DNA of 63,994 nucleotides, filler included, from Bonamia ostreae (Eukaryota): NCBI GenBank assembly GCA_040357525.1. It is 17 parts of 17 records of this genome, joined end to end, with 100 filler letters (N's around TTAATTAATTAA, not from the genome) between each part and the next. Parts side by side here need not be neighbours in the genome. Positions count along the whole stretch, not along the records: positions 60,413 to 63,994 come from JBDODL010000470.1; 16 more parts are not named here. One strand, 5' to 3'. Shown piece by piece: positions 62,908 to 63,994 of this stretch (position 1 is its first letter; each line of letters starts with the position of its first letter). The notes under the pieces were generated by a model. It saw only the letters and a program-made list of their open reading frames with translations, ran no database searches and was not told where the DNA came from. The position numbers and the translations under genes were made by a program.

Positions 62908-63946
62908 ATGACCCAAAATCCCACCAAAGCGGTAATCCACCCGCTCGTCTTGCTCTCGATTTCAGACCACTTCGAAAGAGCGGGAAAACCGTCCAATAAA
63001 CGAGTCGCCGGGACTCTGCTCGGCTCGACCGACAGAAACGGCGTCGTCGAGGTGACGAACTGCTTCGCAGGTTTGTTCGATTCACCCAAAACGCCATTTA
63101 GTCCCTTTCGAGGAAGACAAAAAAGACGAGTCCGTCTGGTTCCTAGACCACGCTTATCACGAGAAAATGAGCAAACTGAGTTCGAAGGTGAACGGTTTGT
63201 CCAAATAACAAAAAGCGAAAGAAAAAGTCGTCGGCTGGTACTCGAGCGGCCCCGCGCTGCGCAGAATCGACATCGAAGTGTCGGCGCTGTACAGGAAGTA
63301 CTGCAAGTCGCCCGTTCTGCTCGTGATGGACGCGCGCGAAAACGCGTCGGTCGACCCGAAGACCTATTTTGTGGACACCGAACTCGAAGAATCGGAGCCG
63401 AGGGAGTCCCTGGCGCCGCTGGAGACCGTGATGGCCGCCACGGAACCGGAGGAAATAGGCGTCGAACATTTGCTTCGCGACGTCCGAGACAAAACGGCGC
63501 CGACTTTGGCCAAGAAAGTGCAGAGCAGAGACGAGGCCAAAAGCGATTTTGCGGGGAAGCTGGAAGCGATCACGGATTACTTGAGACAAGTCGAAACGGG
63601 CGAAATGCCTCGCAACGAGAAAATATGCGCTTTGGTTCGGGATCTCTTTAACGACGCCGTGAACAGCGAGAAAGATCAGTCCTTTGTCGATGTCTGATTT
63701 TTCTTAAAATGACAAATAAAGGCGTATGCGGAAAATGGAAACGACTCGTCGATAGTGTTGTATGTGGCGACATTGGCGAAGATGGTGGCGGCTTTGGCTG
63801 ATTTGGACGAAAATCGTTCGAAAAACAGGGCGAAAGCGATGGAACAGAAATCGGAGAAAAAAGGTCAAGTTGAGACCGAATCGGAAGAAATCGACGACGA
63901 ACAGTTGGCGGAAGAACTGATGATGGAAGACGACGAGTTGGATTAA
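62908..63946 (+). CDS. PSMD7: 26S proteasome lid subunit Rpn8/PSMD7; introns 63071-63101, 63195-63215, 63692-63721
   Basis: [52 protein letters not shown]. Confidence 0.95.
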
Positions 63947-63994
63947 ATGCCAAATTTTATGTTATAAAAAAGACAGATTTTCTTTTTGTTCAAA

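Noticed and set aside
3-63946. Alternative genetic code (stop reassignment)
   Set aside because: Conserved genes end in ordinary TAA/TGA stops; internal stops fall inside introns or decayed elements

Overview
Eukaryotic DNA, not one locus: about 17 unrelated ~3.6-3.7 kb contigs joined by artificial 100-nt linkers (N-run + TTAATTAATTAA + N-run), so there is no synteny across linkers. Most contigs come from a compact, AT-rich protist genome. Evidence: a membrane H+-pyrophosphatase, an EF-1alpha without the animal/fungal insertion, 130-190 nt divergent intergenic spacers, and many 20-35 nt spliceosomal introns with GTT-type donors. Two contigs (30338-34012, 45413-49046) look like bivalve host DNA. 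By inference this fits an oyster-infecting ascetosporean such as Bonamia, which is not provable from the window. Recognisable genes: EF1A, NSUN2, PPR-SMR, PSD2-like, Nup98-like, CK1, ORC3-like, two TBC GAPs, a cold-shock protein, a Rho GTPase, H+-PPase, MSH5, CDC50, RGS, WDR3, CMC1-like, NGDN, PP2A-B55, ACY1 and RPN8. Best leads: (1) an APE+RT LINE whose poly(A) joins directly to (CCCTAA)3, followed by the start of a second related LINE, i.e. a candidate telomere-repeat-targeted head-to-tail retrotransposon array; (2) a micro-intron splicing system with pyrimidine at donor +3, an apparent length floor near 20 nt and one apparently non-GT intron; (3) two unidentified structured-RNA candidates; (4) a convergent pair of collagen-like genes with matching interruption patterns; (5) a tRNA-derived SINE family. 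All exon/intron calls are manual, from restoring conserved protein motifs; no database searches were run.
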